Source: Streptomycetaceae bacterium (lineage in GTDB: Bacteria; Actinomycetota; Actinomycetes; Nanopelagicales; Nanopelagicaceae). From it: a stretch of 44,242 bases of DNA. Below, one piece after another: positions 1-11,527 of this stretch. The translations under genes and the position numbers were made by a program. Every line of letters begins with the position of its first letter. The first letter of the stretch is position 1. The stretch covers positions 1-44,242 of the forward strand of contig JAIXPU010000116.1 in assembly GCA_027486075.1 (NCBI GenBank), read 5' to 3'. The notes below the pieces were generated by a model. The model did no database searches, was not told where the DNA came from, and saw only the letters and a list, made by a program, of their open reading frames with translations.

Positions 1-1667
1 ATAACCGCCTTTAAGTTCTTAATCACACCATCTCGATGTGCATTTAAAGGTTGCTCCATCTTCATCGCTTCTAGAACGATTACTAAGTCGCCTGCAGAAA
101 CTTGCTGGCCTTCTGTTACGGCAATCTTTACCACCGTGCCCTGCATCGGGCTGGCTAAGCCAGTGCCAGATGCACCTGTGGCAGATGGCTGCTTGGCGCG
201 ATGGCGTTTAACAACGGGTTCGGGCGCATGAACGAGAATCTCAAAGCGCTTTCCATTGACCTCGGCAACCAACTTCTCTGCAGCAACTTTGGTCTGTACA
301 TCTTGGACTGCGCTCTGGAAAGCGGAAATATCGTTCTTAAATTCATTTTCAATGTAGCTGGTGTAGATCTTGAAATCTTCGGTATAGGCGGGATCTTCCA
401 AGATAGCTCTGTGGAACGGAATTGCCGTTGCTAATCCGCCAACTTCAAATTCAGCAAGTGCGCGACGGGCGCGTTCGATTGCTTCCTTTCGGGTAGCGCC
501 GGTAACAATCAACTTTGCTAAGAGTGAGTCAAAGTTACCGCCGATGACATCGCCATTTCTAAAGCCAGCATCTACACGAACCCCTGGACCGGTAGGCAAA
601 TTCCAGGAAGTGATTCGTCCTGGGGCGGGCAAGAAGGAGCGTCCAGGATCTTCTCCATTAATACGGAACTCGAGTGAGTGTCCACGAATGGCTGGGTCAT
701 CAAAACCTAAACTTTCACCCATTGCGATTCTAAATTGTTCACGAACTAGATCGATTCCTGTTACCTCTTCAGAAACTGGATGTTCAACTTGAAGTCGTGT
801 ATTCACCTCAAGGAATGAGATTGTTCCATCAACGCCCACCAAGAATTCGCAAGTGCCAGCGCCTACATAACCGGCCTCTTTCATAATTGCCTTACTTGAG
901 CGATACAACTCTTGGTTTTGTGCATCTGTCAGAAACGGCGCCGGCGCTTCTTCAACGAGCTTCTGATGGCGACGTTGCAGCGAGCAGTCACGTGTAGAGA
1001 CAACAACGGCGTGCCCCTTTTGGTCAACCAGTACTTGAGTTTCGACATGGCGCGGCTTATCGAGATAACGCTCCACGAAACATTCTCCGCGACCAAAACC
1101 TGCAATGGCTTCACGGACAGCAGAGGCGTAAAGCTCAGGGATTTCCTCCATAGTGCGAGCAACTTTGAGACCGCGACCGCCACCACCGAAAGCTGCCTTG
1201 ATTGCAACTGGTAAACCATGTTCTTTTGCAAAAGCTAAAACTTCTTCATGTCCGGTTACGGGATCTTTCGTTCCGGCGACGAGCGGTGCGCCAGCTTTCG
1301 CTGCAATTCGTCTGGCAGAAACTTTGTCACCGAGTGCGCTAATGGCAGCAGGTGGGGGACCAATCCAAATGAGCCCTGCATCAATAACTGCTTGGGCAAA
1401 ACTGGCATTTTCGGAGAGAAAGCCGTAACCAGGATGTACTGCATCCGCGCCTGACTCTTTTGCTAGAGCGATAATCTTTGCAATATTGAGGTAAGTATCT
1501 TTAGCTACAGTGCCATTGAGTGAATATGAGTAATCCGCGCTCTTGGCATGTAGCGAATCACGATCTTCTTCAGAATAGATTGCCACAGATTCCAAACCAT
1601 GGTCTTTACAGGCGCGAATAACGCGAATGGCGATTTCGCCTCGATTTGCAATCAGCACGCGCTTCAT
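1..1667 (-). CDS. Acetyl/propionyl-CoA carboxylase alpha subunit (biotin carboxylase + BCCP), 3' end runs off the window
   Basis: Not in the ORF track. Manual translation from ATG at 1667: [22 protein letters not shown]...[11 protein letters not shown]...GGGGRG...[13 protein letters not shown]...SPMQGTV...LEAMKME (biotinylation motif). ATGA overlap with the Maf stop. Confidence 0.95.
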   Translation of the reverse strand, partial: MKRVLIANRGEIAIRVIRACKDHGLESVAIYSEEDRDSLHAKSADYSYSLNGTVAKDTYLNIAKIIALAKESGADAVHPGYGFLSENASFAQAVIDAGLIWIGPPPAAISALGDKVSARRIAAKAGAPLVAGTKDPVTGHEEVLAFAKEHGLPVAIKAAFGGGGRGLKVARTMEEIPELYASAVREAIAGFGRGECFVERYLDKPRHVETQVLVDQKGHAVVVSTRDCSLQRRHQKLVEEAPAPFLTDAQNQELYRSSKAIMKEAGYVGAGTCEFLVGVDGTISFLEVNTRLQVEHPVSEEVTGIDLVREQFRIAMGESLGFDDPAIRGHSLEFRINGEDPGRSFLPAPGRITSWNLPTGPGVRVDAGFRNGDVIGGNFDSLLAKLIVTGATRKEAIERARRALAEFEVGGLATAIPFHRAILEDPAYTEDFKIYTSYIENEFKNDISAFQSAVQDVQTKVAAEKLVAEVNGKRFEILVHAPEPVVKRHRAKQPSATGASGTGLASPMQGTVVKIAVTEGQQVSAGDLVIVLEAMKMEQPLNAHRDGVIKNLKAV

Positions 1668-2266
1668 GACATCTCCTTCACCTGTGGCCAAGAGTATCCA
1701 AGTTGCTTCATGGCGCTGCGAAGAAAGGGCATCGAAATTCCTACAACGTTTGTGTAATCACCCTCAATTAATGGAATAAAGGGAGAGCCATATCCATCAA
1801 GGGTAAAACCTCCTGCTACATGAAGGGGTTCTTCAGATGCAATGTAATCATCAATCTCTAGATCGCTCATTTCAGAGAAGGTAACTTTGGTAGTAACGCG
1901 ATCGGCAATCTCAATACCTTTCTCGGTATCAATAATGCAATGACCTGTATGCAAGAGCCCCGCGCGACCACTAATCTTCTTGGCGCGTTCCCGTGCGATA
2001 TCTGCGGTACCTGGCTTGCCGAAAGAGACTCCATCTACATCAAATGTTGAATCACAGCCAATAATGAGCGCTGGATAATCAATCTTTTCTCGCACGGTGT
2101 GCGCCTTTGAAATCGCAAGTGCAATAACCATATCTTCCGGGGTCATTGCGTTGAAGAAATCAGTCTCCTCATCGACGTGACTGACGATGATGGTGGGCTT
2201 TAAACCTGCATCCTCAAGCAGTCTTCTGCGTGATTGAGATTGGGAAGCGAGCACTATGCGTGGCAT
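1664..2266 (-). CDS. maf: Maf family nucleoside triphosphate pyrophosphatase
   Basis: [42 protein letters not shown] motifs. Confidence 0.92.
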   Translation of the reverse strand: MPRIVLASQSQSRRRLLEDAGLKPTIIVSHVDEETDFFNAMTPEDMVIALAISKAHTVREKIDYPALIIGCDSTFDVDGVSFGKPGTADIARERAKKISGRAGLLHTGHCIIDTEKGIEIADRVTTKVTFSEMSDLEIDDYIASEEPLHVAGGFTLDGYGSPFIPLIEGDYTNVVGISMPFLRSAMKQLGYSWPQVKEMS

Positions 2267-2449
2267 TTATTCAAACTTTCGGGCGCCAAATGTAATTTGG
2301 TGTGGAAGCGGTTGACGCAGCTGAGGTAACCCAAAGACGCTTCGCTTCACAACAGGTGTGAGTTCGACGGCTTTGTGATTGGCCAAGACAGCCTGCAGAG
2401 CAACGAGCTCTTCAGGTGTGGGATTTCCTGCGGTGACGGTGAATTTCAT
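2267..2449 (-). CDS. Acyl-CoA carboxylase epsilon subunit
   Basis: 60 aa with GNPTPEELVAL motif, directly downstream of the carboxyltransferase beta gene. Confidence 0.8.
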   Translation of the reverse strand: MKFTVTAGNPTPEELVALQAVLANHKAVELTPVVKRSVFGLPQLRQPLPHQITFGARKFE

Positions 2450-2451
2450 TG

Positions 2452-4023
2452 TTAGAGCGGGATGTTTCCATGTTTACGTGCCGGCAGCGTATCTCGCTTA
2501 GTTTTGAGAGTACGGAAAGCTTTAGTGATGTACTGACGAGAATCCTCAGGTTCAATCACGCTATCAATGGTGCCGCGCTCTGCTGCAAGATATGGGTTAG
2601 AAAACTTTTCAGTGTATTCAGTAATCAATTCGGCGCGCTTAGCATCTTGATCCTTGGCTTCAGCTAAATCCTTGCGGTACAAGATGTTTACCGCGCCTTG
2701 CGCGCCCATCACGGCGATTTCAGCGCTTGGCCATGCAAAGTTGATATCACTTCCTAAGTACTTGGAGCCCATAACGATAAATGCACCACCGTAGGCTTTG
2801 CGAGTAATGAGAGTTACCAAAGGTACTGATGCTTCAGCGTAGGCGTAGAGCAACTTTGCACCTCGGCGAATGATGCCGTTCCACTCTTGTTCGGTGCCCG
2901 GCATAAAGCCGGGAACATCTACAAGGGTAAGAATTGGAATATTAAATGCATCGCAGAAGCGAAGGAAACGAGCAGCCTTTTCGGATGAGTTGATATCGAG
3001 CGTGCCCGCAAGCTGCGAAGGTTGATTCGCGATAACGCCAATAGATTGTCCTTCGATACGCGCAAAGCCAACAACAATATTTGGCGCGTAAAGTGCATGA
3101 ACTTCTAGGAATTCACCTTCATCGACAAGCGCCTGAATTAAGGACTTCATGTCATACGGCTGATTTGGACTATCTGGAATCAAAGTATTGAGTGCAACAT
3201 CTGCTGCTGACTTCTCTAGCGTTTGGGTCGGGGGCAGGATAGGTGAACCATCCATATTGTTTGAAGGAAGATATGACAGAAGCGCCTTCACATAATCGAT
3301 AGCGTCAGCTTCAGAGTCAGCCATGTAATGAGCATTTCCAGATTTGGTGTTGTGAGTGAAAGCGCCACCAAGCTCTTCCATATCAACATCTTCGCCCGTG
3401 ACTGTCTTGATCACATCTGGGCCAGTGATAAACATATTTGAGGTCTCCTTCACCATCACGGTGAAGTCAGTCAACGCTGGAGAGTAGGCAGATCCGCCTG
3501 CGCACGGTCCCAGAATGAGTGAAATCTGTGGGATGACTCCAGAGGAGCGAGTGTTGAGTCTAAAGATTTTTCCATACCCATTGAGTGAGGCAACGCCCTC
3601 TTGGATGCGCGCACCACCGGAATCATTGATACCTATTAATGGAATGCCAGACTTCAGTGCAAACTCAGCAATCTTCACGATTTTTTCAGCGTGTACTTCG
3701 CCAAGAGATCCACCAAATACTGTGAAGTCTTGTGAGTACAACGCAATTGGTCGGCCATCTACGGTTGCTGTACCGATTACTACGCCATCGCCATAAGGAC
3801 GATTCTTCTCCATGCCAAAGTTCTGTGCGCGATGGCGAGCAAATTCATCAATTTCTGTAAAGGAATCTGGGTCAACCAGCATCTGGATTCGCTCACGCGC
3901 TGTGCCCTTACCTTTTGAATGCTGCTTCTCTACCGCGCGGGCAGATCCAGCGTGCACAGCTTCATCAATGCGCTCACGAAGGTCTTCAATTTTGCCGGCA
4001 GTAGTGTGCAGATCTGGGCTCAT
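2452..4023 (-). CDS. pccB: Acyl-CoA (propionyl-CoA) carboxylase carboxyltransferase beta subunit
   Basis: [46 protein letters not shown]. Start set at ATG 4023 from -10 spacing. Confidence 0.93.
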   Translation of the reverse strand: MSPDLHTTAGKIEDLRERIDEAVHAGSARAVEKQHSKGKGTARERIQMLVDPDSFTEIDEFARHRAQNFGMEKNRPYGDGVVIGTATVDGRPIALYSQDFTVFGGSLGEVHAEKIVKIAEFALKSGIPLIGINDSGGARIQEGVASLNGYGKIFRLNTRSSGVIPQISLILGPCAGGSAYSPALTDFTVMVKETSNMFITGPDVIKTVTGEDVDMEELGGAFTHNTKSGNAHYMADSEADAIDYVKALLSYLPSNNMDGSPILPPTQTLEKSAADVALNTLIPDSPNQPYDMKSLIQALVDEGEFLEVHALYAPNIVVGFARIEGQSIGVIANQPSQLAGTLDINSSEKAARFLRFCDAFNIPILTLVDVPGFMPGTEQEWNGIIRRGAKLLYAYAEASVPLVTLITRKAYGGAFIVMGSKYLGSDINFAWPSAEIAVMGAQGAVNILYRKDLAEAKDQDAKRAELITEYTEKFSNPYLAAERGTIDSVIEPEDSRQYITKAFRTLKTKRDTLPARKHGNIPL

Positions 4024-4028
4024 GAACA

Positions 4029-4035
4029 TAAGGTA
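4029..4035. promoter_or_regulatory. Overlapping divergent -10 boxes for predicted leaderless pccB and birA transcripts
   Basis: + strand TAAGGT 4029-4034, 7 nt, GTG 4042; - strand TACCTT 4035-4030, 6 nt, ATG 4023. Confidence 0.65.
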
Positions 4036-4041
4036 CTAGTC

Positions 4042-4809
4042 GTGAGCACACTTGCGCCAAGACCACCGCTAAATAGTTCGGTGATCTCAGAAAAAATCTC
4101 GCAGTACTGGCGAGTAAGCGTGGTTGAAGTCACGGGGTCGACTCAAGATGACTTAACGCAATTAGTTGCAGAGAAAAAAGCTAGCAATGGCGATGTCATT
4201 GCAACAGAATTTCAAAGCGCTGGCCGTGGTCGCGTCGATAGAAAATTTGATGCACCTGCAGCTTCTGCTCTCATGTTCTCTCTCTATATACAACCACAAC
4301 GCGAAAAATCTGATTGGTCCTTCTTACCGCTTCTTACCGGGCTCTCTGCCATCTTCGCACTAATGAAATTAGAGCCTGAATCCTTACCGACTCTTAAATG
4401 GCCCAATGACATTCTCTTAGGAGATGGAAAAGTTGGCGGAATAATTGCACAAGTAAGTGGCGATGGCGTCATCATCGGCGTAGGCATCAATGTGGGAATG
4501 ACGGAAGAAGAGCTCCCAGTTCCTCACGCTACTTCACTCGCTCTTCACCAATATTCAACCCTTGATCGGAATCTGATTCTCTCTACATTTCTTACAACCT
4601 TCGAGGAGCTCTTCACCAGATGGCAAAGTGGAGAAGATCTTCGCCATCTCTATAAAGAGCGCTCTGCGACAATCGGCCGCGATATCCGGATTGAACTTCC
4701 AGATGGCACTCATAAGAACGGAAAAGCTGTCGATGTTACGCCTGCAGGCGAACTGATTCTCGAGGATGGTTCTCGAGTGACTGTCGGAGACATCGTTCAT
4801 CTACGATAG
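4042..4809 (+). CDS. birA: Biotin--protein ligase without N-terminal HTH
   Basis: TGSTQ, QSAGRGR, LKWPND, KVGGI, GVGIN, VTVGDIVHLR. In-frame GTG 4042 avoids overlap with pccB. Confidence 0.92.
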   Translation: MSTLAPRPPLNSSVISEKISQYWRVSVVEVTGSTQDDLTQLVAEKKASNGDVIATEFQSAGRGRVDRKFDAPAASALMFSLYIQPQREKSDWSFLPLLTGLSAIFALMKLEPESLPTLKWPNDILLGDGKVGGIIAQVSGDGVIIGVGINVGMTEEELPVPHATSLALHQYSTLDRNLILSTFLTTFEELFTRWQSGEDLRHLYKERSATIGRDIRIELPDGTHKNGKAVDVTPAGELILEDGSRVTVGDIVHLR

Positions 4810-4813
4810 CGCT

Positions 4814-5926
4814 GTGAACGAAAGATTCCCTCGCGTTGGCGTCATAGGCGCAGGGCAGTTGGCACGAATGATGGTTGCACCAGCTACAGCTCTTGGAATC
4901 GATCTCCTTCTCTTTGCGCAGAGCCCCGCGGATTCAGGTGCACAAATCACGCACCACGTTGTAGGTGACTACACCGATCTAGCGGCTCTCAAAGAATTTG
5001 CAGCCAAGTGTGATGTAGTGACCTTCGAACATGAACTTGTTCCGCTCTCGGTAATCCGAGGTCTAGAAGCTGCAGGTGTTCGCATCTATCCACCTGCCAG
5101 CGCCTTTATCTACTCGCAAGATAAGGCGCAGATGCGCGAAAAGTTAAGCTCCTACCCATCACCGGAGTGGAAGGTTGTTACTTCCACGCAAGAGATTGAA
5201 AGATATCCACTGATTGCTAAAGCGATATCGGGCGGTTACGACGGACGTGGAGTCTGGAAGATTAATTCCCAAGATGAATTAGCAGAAATTCTCAAAACCA
5301 ATCCCAAGCTATTAATCGAAGAGTTGATCTCATTCGATTCTGAGATAGCGGTGATGGTTGCTCGCTCTCCGCATGGCCAAGCCACTTCGTGGAGCCCCAC
5401 AGAGACAGTACAAGAAGATGGGATATGCACTCTCACAATTTCACCAGCACAATCCATCACACCTGAGTTAGCTGAAAAGGCGCAGAAGCTCGCGCTCGAT
5501 ATTGCAGCTGAGGTTGGAGTTGTCGGCGTGATGGCGGTAGAGATGTTTGTTAAGGGTGAAAAGATTTTTATCAATGAGCTAGCGATGCGTCCACATAATT
5601 CTGGACATTGGACCATCGATGGTGCGCGGACAAGCCAATTTGAACAACACCTGCGCGCCATCCTTGATCTTCCACTGGGCGATCCATCCATGACCGCTGA
5701 GTACTCGGTGATGGGAAATATTCTGGGCGGCGAGAAGACCGATATGTATCGTCCCTATCTTCACCTCATGGCGCGCAACCCAGACCTGAAATTCCATCAA
5801 TATAAGAAGGAAGTTCGCCCTGGTCGCAAGATTGGGCATGTCACCGCCGTCGGTTCTGACCTTCTACAATTAACTACTGATGTGCAGCATGCACGTGACT
5901 ATATGAGTGGAGCTATCGATGAGTGA
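4814..5926 (+). CDS. purK: N5-carboxyaminoimidazole ribonucleotide synthase
   Basis: [40 protein letters not shown]. Confidence 0.96.
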   Translation: MNERFPRVGVIGAGQLARMMVAPATALGIDLLLFAQSPADSGAQITHHVVGDYTDLAALKEFAAKCDVVTFEHELVPLSVIRGLEAAGVRIYPPASAFIYSQDKAQMREKLSSYPSPEWKVVTSTQEIERYPLIAKAISGGYDGRGVWKINSQDELAEILKTNPKLLIEELISFDSEIAVMVARSPHGQATSWSPTETVQEDGICTLTISPAQSITPELAEKAQKLALDIAAEVGVVGVMAVEMFVKGEKIFINELAMRPHNSGHWTIDGARTSQFEQHLRAILDLPLGDPSMTAEYSVMGNILGGEKTDMYRPYLHLMARNPDLKFHQYKKEVRPGRKIGHVTAVGSDLLQLTTDVQHARDYMSGAIDE

Positions 5927-6434
5927 TCGTAAAGATGTTGCAATCATCATGGGCTCTGATTCTGATTGGCCAGTCATGGAAGAAGCTGCAAAAGCCCTCG
6001 ATTTATTTGGAATTAGCTATAGCGCCGATGTTGTTTCAGCACATCGCATGCCAGAAGAGATGGTCGAATTTGCAAAGAGCGCGGCGCCCAAAGGTTACAA
6101 AGTAATCATCGCTGGCGCAGGGGGAGCAGCACACCTTCCTGGAATGGTTGCATCCCTAACAACACTTCCAGTTATTGGAGTTCCGGTCTCACTCAAAAAC
6201 CTTGACGGTATGGATTCACTTCTCTCCATCGTTCAGATGCCTGGTGGTGTCCCGGTTGCAACTGTAGGTATTGATAACGCTAAGAATGCAGGAATTTTAG
6301 CTGCACGCATTATTGGCGCGGCAGATGCGGATATTGCAAAGAAGATTGAGGCTCAGCTCGCAACACTCTCTGAAGAGGCAAAGGCAAAGGGCGCCCAATT
6401 GAGCGCCCGTCGCAATACCAAAACTGGTTTTTAG
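5919..6434 (+). CDS. purE: N5-CAIR mutase
   Basis: [46 protein letters not shown] 5919 preferred over 5907. Confidence 0.96.
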   Translation: MSDRKDVAIIMGSDSDWPVMEEAAKALDLFGISYSADVVSAHRMPEEMVEFAKSAAPKGYKVIIAGAGGAAHLPGMVASLTTLPVIGVPVSLKNLDGMDSLLSIVQMPGGVPVATVGIDNAKNAGILAARIIGAADADIAKKIEAQLATLSEEAKAKGAQLSARRNTKTGF

Positions 6435-7741
6435 TCTGTTCTACCCAAGGCATGTACACGCCAACCAGCTGCGCGCCACAAATTGCGATCTAACATATTA
6501 CGGCCATCGATGAGGAACTTGGACTTTACGAGCTGACCAATTACTGAAGGATCGAGTTCGCGATATTCCTTCCACTCAGTCAAGTGCAAAATTGCATCGG
6601 CGCCTTTAACGGCATCTGCAATCTTCTCTTGGTAATCCAAATTAGGAAAACGCTTACGTGCTGGTTCAATACCCTTTGGATCATGAACGACAACTTGAGC
6701 ACCTGCTGCCTGTAGCTGCGCTGCAATATCAAGAGCTGGGGAGTCACGCACATCATCGCTATCAGGCTTAAAGGTTGCCCCTAAGACTGCAATCTTGTAT
6801 TGAGTCAGATCTTCTGAAAGATCTGCACGCACTACATCGATGACTCGTTGACGGGCGCGTAGGTTAATTGCATCAATCTCGCGCAAGAATTCGAGGGCTT
6901 GATCTGCGCCAAGTTCTTGCGCACGAGCCATAAAGGCGCGAATATCTTTAGGTAAGCACCCGCCGCCAAACCCAATACCTGCTTGCAGGAAGCGACTTCC
7001 AATACGAGGGTCGTAACCAATTGCTTTGGCAAGAACAGTGACATCGCCACCGGCTGCTTCGCAGACTTCAGCCATAGCGTTGATGAAAGAGATCTTTGTT
7101 GCCAAGAATGAATTTGCTGCCACCTTTACCAATTCAGCGGTAGGAAGATCTGCGCGAATCCAAGGCGTTCCAAGATCGATAACTGGCTTGTAAACCTCTT
7201 TCAGAATCTCTTCCGCACGATCATTGGCAACGCCAACAACCAATCGATTTGGCGTCAAGGTATCTTCTACGGCAAAGCCTTCACGTAAGAATTCAGGGTT
7301 CCAAGCCAAATCTGCTTGAGGCGCTGATGCTGCAAGCTGTTCACGGAGCAACTGCGCAGTTCCGACAGGAACAGTCGACTTTCCAACTACGAGAGCGCCA
7401 TCTTTAAGGTGAGGCGCAATCGCTACAACTGATGACTTTACATAGGTGAGGTCTGCGGCCAGACCGTCTTTGCTCTGTGGAGTACCTACACAGATGAAGT
7501 GAACATCGGCATCCTTCACGGAAGAAAAGTCAGTGCTGAAAGAGAGACGCCCGGTCTTCATTTCAGCTGCAAGCAAGGTATCTAACCCTGGCTCGTAAAA
7601 TGGAAGTTCGCCCTTAGAGAGAAGATCAACTTTGTTTTGATCTGTATCAATTCCAACTACTTCAAACCCAAGAGAGGACATACAAGCTGCGTGGGTAGCG
7701 CCGAGATAGCCGCAGCCAATTACTGAGAGCTTCAGAGTCAT
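6431..7741 (-). CDS. ugd: UDP-glucose 6-dehydrogenase family
   Basis: [53 protein letters not shown] 7741 overlaps the LCP stop (ATGA). Confidence 0.93.
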   Translation of the reverse strand: MTLKLSVIGCGYLGATHAACMSSLGFEVVGIDTDQNKVDLLSKGELPFYEPGLDTLLAAEMKTGRLSFSTDFSSVKDADVHFICVGTPQSKDGLAADLTYVKSSVVAIAPHLKDGALVVGKSTVPVGTAQLLREQLAASAPQADLAWNPEFLREGFAVEDTLTPNRLVVGVANDRAEEILKEVYKPVIDLGTPWIRADLPTAELVKVAANSFLATKISFINAMAEVCEAAGGDVTVLAKAIGYDPRIGSRFLQAGIGFGGGCLPKDIRAFMARAQELGADQALEFLREIDAINLRARQRVIDVVRADLSEDLTQYKIAVLGATFKPDSDDVRDSPALDIAAQLQAAGAQVVVHDPKGIEPARKRFPNLDYQEKIADAVKGADAILHLTEWKEYRELDPSVIGQLVKSKFLIDGRNMLDRNLWRAAGWRVHALGRTD

Positions 7742-8847
7742 GCGCGAGAGTCTATTGCAGCGCAAGGATTATCTGCTGCCGTCTTTGTCTTAAATTTATC
7801 GATTGTGACAGGCTTCGCAGAGGCGCTCGCCGTTGGCTTTACGGTCTCAAGCAAGGCTTCATCGTTACGAATCTTGGTCCAGAGGTTAGCCGCTAGCACT
7901 TCATCCCAAATTACTACTGAACCTGCGGTGGGATGGCGCCCATTGGGATTTGAAATTGGAACGGTAAGAGTTCGCACATTTCCAGAGGAGAGATTACGTA
8001 GCTGCTTGGCAAGTGTGAGTAGATCATTCTTGGTAACACCAGCATCCATCTTTACGCTAGAGATTGCTGCGTTGTAAAAATTAGTGAGCTTAATTGGATT
8101 GAGCAATACACCTGAACTCGTAGCCTTGCGAAGTACAGCGCTAACAAATTGCTGCTGACGTTCCATGCGTCCGATATCGCCACGTCCGTCAAAGTCGCGG
8201 GTACGTACATATTTGAGCGCTTCGATTCCATTAAGGGTATGAGTACCTGCTGCCAATACCAAGTGGCTCTTCGGGTCATCAATTGCAACTTTTGAACAAA
8301 CTTCTATGCCGCCAAGCGCATCCACGATTCCGGTAAAGCCAGCAAAACTCACCTCAATGTAATGGTCAATCTGCAAATTTGTTTTCTCTTCAATAGTTTG
8401 GATTAGTAGCGGGGCGCCGCCAAATGCGTAAGCGGCATTGATTTTGCCTGGAAGCGCCGGAATATCGCGAGTTCCATCCTGACTTCTATGGGCTGGGACC
8501 GTGACCAAAGTATCGCGAGGTATTGAAACGATATATGCCGCATCGCGTGATTTGCTGATGTGTACAAGAAGCATGGTGTCTGAACGTCCACCTGCTGCAA
8601 CCTTGGTGCTTCCCACACGTAGAGCCTTAATCTGTTCTTTGGTAAGGCCCGCGCGATTATCGGATCCCACAACTAGGTAGTTGAGCGCCTGTGATGTTTT
8701 CTCTGGACGGTCCTTGAGATTGGCAAAGACATCAATACGAGAAATCTGTCCACTGACTTGGCCTAATCCAAGCCAAGAAATCGCTGCAATCGTAACAACA
8801 CCCACAGAGAGTGATGTAATAATTCGAATTGCACGAGAAGATTTCAC
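7738..8847 (-). CDS. LytR-CpsA-Psr (LCP) family glycopolymer transferase
   Basis: N-terminal TM, LVVGSD, RSDTMLLVH, SIPRD, KINAAY, YVRTR, DIGRMERQQ. Confidence 0.92.
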   Translation of the reverse strand: MKSSRAIRIITSLSVGVVTIAAISWLGLGQVSGQISRIDVFANLKDRPEKTSQALNYLVVGSDNRAGLTKEQIKALRVGSTKVAAGGRSDTMLLVHISKSRDAAYIVSIPRDTLVTVPAHRSQDGTRDIPALPGKINAAYAFGGAPLLIQTIEEKTNLQIDHYIEVSFAGFTGIVDALGGIEVCSKVAIDDPKSHLVLAAGTHTLNGIEALKYVRTRDFDGRGDIGRMERQQQFVSAVLRKATSSGVLLNPIKLTNFYNAAISSVKMDAGVTKNDLLTLAKQLRNLSSGNVRTLTVPISNPNGRHPTAGSVVIWDEVLAANLWTKIRNDEALLETVKPTASASAKPVTIDKFKTKTAADNPCAAIDSRA

Positions 8848-8883
8848 ATCCGTAGGGTACTTGCACGATAGCGTGGAGGGGTT

Positions 8884-9885
8884 ATGGCGACACCGATACC
8901 TGAGTTAATTGGCTCACCGCTGCCTGCAATTAGCGTCATTCTCCCAGTTCTCAATGAAGAGTCACATTTAGAGGGAGCAGTTCTCTCGGTACTTTCTCAG
9001 GATTATCGCGGACCACTTGAAATCATCTTGGCCTTAGGTCCTTCACGTGATCGCACCAATGAAATAGCAGCGAAGTTAGCTTCGCAAGATAACCGCGTAA
9101 AATTGCTTGATAGCCCTACAGGTAAGACTGCAGCTGGACTTAACTTAGCACTCGCTGCATCGAAGAGCCCAGTAGTAGTTCGCGTCGATGGCCATGCACA
9201 AATTCCAAATAACTACATCTCACTCATCGTCGAAATTCTCAATAAGACTGGCGCAGTCAATGTTGGTGGTGTTATGGCCGCAGTTGGCACAACTGCCTTT
9301 GAACGCGCTGTCGCTGGCGCCATGAGAAGCCCATTAGGCGTTGGCGCATCACGCTTTCATACAGGAGGCGAAGCCGGTGAAGTAGATACCGTCTACCTTG
9401 GCGCATTTAGACGAGAGGCTCTCGTTGCAATTGGTGGATTTGATGAACGCTTTACCCGCGCACAAGATTGGGAGTTGAACTTTAGGTTGCGTGAAAATGG
9501 GGGAGTTATCTACTTTGATCCTCGCTTACATGTTACCTATCGACCACGCTCGAGCGTTGGCGCGCTAGCGAAACAGTATTTTGAATATGGTCGTTGGCGT
9601 CGAGTTGTTTCTCGTCGACATTCCGGAACAATAAATTATCGCTACCTTGCACCGCCTTTTGCCTTACTTGGCTTTAGCGTCTCGCTCGTTCTTGGAGTAT
9701 TGCTCTCTTCCATCTTCTTTATTCCAGCGCTGGTCTATCTACTCTTTGTTGTACTTGCTTCGCTAAAGATTTCCACCTCAGTTGGTGAATATCTGCTACT
9801 ACTAGTGGTTATTCCGACGATGCACTTCGCTTGGGGTGCGGGATTTATCTCTTCACCAAAGACTCTTGTACCCGCTTCTCAATGA
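8884..9885 (+). CDS. Family 2 glycosyltransferase with C-terminal TM helices
   Basis: ISVILPVLNEE, RVDGH, GGFDE, QDWELNFR, QYFEYGRWR. Confidence 0.88.
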   Translation: MATPIPELIGSPLPAISVILPVLNEESHLEGAVLSVLSQDYRGPLEIILALGPSRDRTNEIAAKLASQDNRVKLLDSPTGKTAAGLNLALAASKSPVVVRVDGHAQIPNNYISLIVEILNKTGAVNVGGVMAAVGTTAFERAVAGAMRSPLGVGASRFHTGGEAGEVDTVYLGAFRREALVAIGGFDERFTRAQDWELNFRLRENGGVIYFDPRLHVTYRPRSSVGALAKQYFEYGRWRRVVSRRHSGTINYRYLAPPFALLGFSVSLVLGVLLSSIFFIPALVYLLFVVLASLKISTSVGEYLLLLVVIPTMHFAWGAGFISSPKTLVPASQ

Positions 9886-9915
9886 GGCCAGGAGTACTGC
9901 GGTAGCCTTTCGCAC

Positions 9916-10743
9916 GTGGATAAGCCAGTAGTCGTTTATGAGCCTTTTCGTGCGGGTATGCCGCCGATGCGCGACTATCTGCGCACCTTGTGGGGACGTC
10001 GAACCTTTATCGCTGAATTCTCTCGCTCAGAGCTAAGAGAAAAGAATTACGGAACGGTCTTTGGCCAACTCTGGTTGGTCCTTAACCCGCTCTTACTTTC
10101 CGGCGTTTACTTCCTTCTGATTTACGTGATCGGCGGCAGCAGTGATGCCAATCGATTTGGGCACCTGACTGCGACGCTCTTTCTCTTCTACCTCATCGCC
10201 AATAGTTTGACCGGTGGAGTTAAGGCGATTACCTCGGGCCAGCGACTTATTCTCAATACCTCTTTCCCGCGCGTGATGCTGCCAATCTCAGCAACGGTCA
10301 TTGCCCTCTTTAAATTTGTGCCTACCTTGATTGTCTTTGCTGCAATCCATCTCCTTATTGGCTTGCCATATTCATGGAAGATGCTCTGGGCGATTCCAAT
10401 CTTTATGATTGCGCTGCTCATGGGGCTTGGTATGTCGATCTTGATCTCATGCGTCAATGTGTATTTCCGCGATGTTTCTAGCATGCTGCCATATCTGACT
10501 CGCAGCCTTCTTTACTTATCGCCAATTCTTTATGAAGCAAGTAGCGTCTCTGATGAAATCAAATCATTAGAAATTGCTAACCCACTCTTCTATCTACTTG
10601 ATTCATGGTCTCGGGTTGTTGTCTATGCAGAAGCCCCAACCACCTTTGGGTTGCTCCATTCTCTGATTTGGGCGCTTGTGATTTTTATCGTCGGTACATA
10701 CTTCTTCTTATCGAGGGAGCGTGATTTCGCTGTCCGACTATAA
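9916..10743 (+). CDS. ABC-2 polysaccharide/teichoic-acid exporter permease (Wzm/TagG-like)
   Basis: YGTVFGQLWLVLNPL, NVYFRD, YLSPILY, NPL; about six hydrophobic segments. Confidence 0.88.
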   Translation: MDKPVVVYEPFRAGMPPMRDYLRTLWGRRTFIAEFSRSELREKNYGTVFGQLWLVLNPLLLSGVYFLLIYVIGGSSDANRFGHLTATLFLFYLIANSLTGGVKAITSGQRLILNTSFPRVMLPISATVIALFKFVPTLIVFAAIHLLIGLPYSWKMLWAIPIFMIALLMGLGMSILISCVNVYFRDVSSMLPYLTRSLLYLSPILYEASSVSDEIKSLEIANPLFYLLDSWSRVVVYAEAPTTFGLLHSLIWALVIFIVGTYFFLSRERDFAVRL

Positions 10744-11527
10744 CCATCCACATTCTCCACATGGCTTGGCAGTTTCTGTCAAAGATTTGGGGCTTACCTA
10801 CACAACTTCAATCGATAAGAAGCCAACTCTCAAGGCGCGTCTTCGCACATTGGGAAGAGGCAAGAAATACACGCGAGTTGTAAAGGCGCTGAGTGGCGTC
10901 AATATTGATGTGCACTACGGAGCAGTTCTTGGAGTTATTGGTTCTAATGGCGCTGGAAAGTCATCACTTATGCGCGTCATCTCTGGGATTGTTCCACCCA
11001 CAGAAGGTCGCGTTGAAGTTTACGGAAGTGTCAGCACGCTGCTTGCTCTGGGAGTCGGATTTAACCCAGCCATGACTGGTCGCGACAATGTCTATCTCGG
11101 TGGGTTAGCTGCAGGCATGTCGCGCGAAGATATTGATAAGAACTTTGATGCAATCGCAGATTTCTCTGAGCTAGGGGACGCTATTGATGCCCCAATGCGC
11201 ACGTACTCATCAGGTATGTATGCGCGCCTAGCCTTTTCAGTAGCCGCAGTCGTTGAGCCAGATATTCTCATTATCGATGAAGCGCTCAGCACAGGGGATG
11301 CTAAGTTCAAAGAGAAGAGCCTCAATCGAATCAAAGAGTTGCGCTCTTCAGATCGTGCGTTGATATTGGTAAGCCATGCTTTGGCTACCATCGAAGATGT
11401 CTGCAATGAAGTGGTTTGGTTAAATAAAGGCACACTTATGGCGCGCGGGAATCCATCTGAAGTAATTGCGCAGTACCGCACCTTTGTAAATGCCAGAAAG
11501 AGCGCTTCCTCTGATGAGGACGTTTAA
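10721..11527 (+). CDS. ABC exporter ATPase (Wzt/TagH-like), no C-terminal carbohydrate-binding domain
   Basis: GSNGAGKS, TYSSGM, LIIDEAL, LVSH. The start may lie slightly downstream. Confidence 0.9.
   Translation: MISLSDYNHPHSPHGLAVSVKDLGLTYTTSIDKKPTLKARLRTLGRGKKYTRVVKALSGVNIDVHYGAVLGVIGSNGAGKSSLMRVISGIVPPTEGRVEVYGSVSTLLALGVGFNPAMTGRDNVYLGGLAAGMSREDIDKNFDAIADFSELGDAIDAPMRTYSSGMYARLAFSVAAVVEPDILIIDEALSTGDAKFKEKSLNRIKELRSSDRALILVSHALATIEDVCNEVVWLNKGTLMARGNPSEVIAQYRTFVNARKSASSDEDV

Noticed and set aside
3919-4041. N-terminal extensions in the ORF track (birA, LOG, TetR, moeZ, marC, htrA, ugd, DUF3117, sigma-4)
   Set aside because: They mostly overlap neighbouring genes. Downstream starts fit -10 spacing, SD position or stop/start coupling better.
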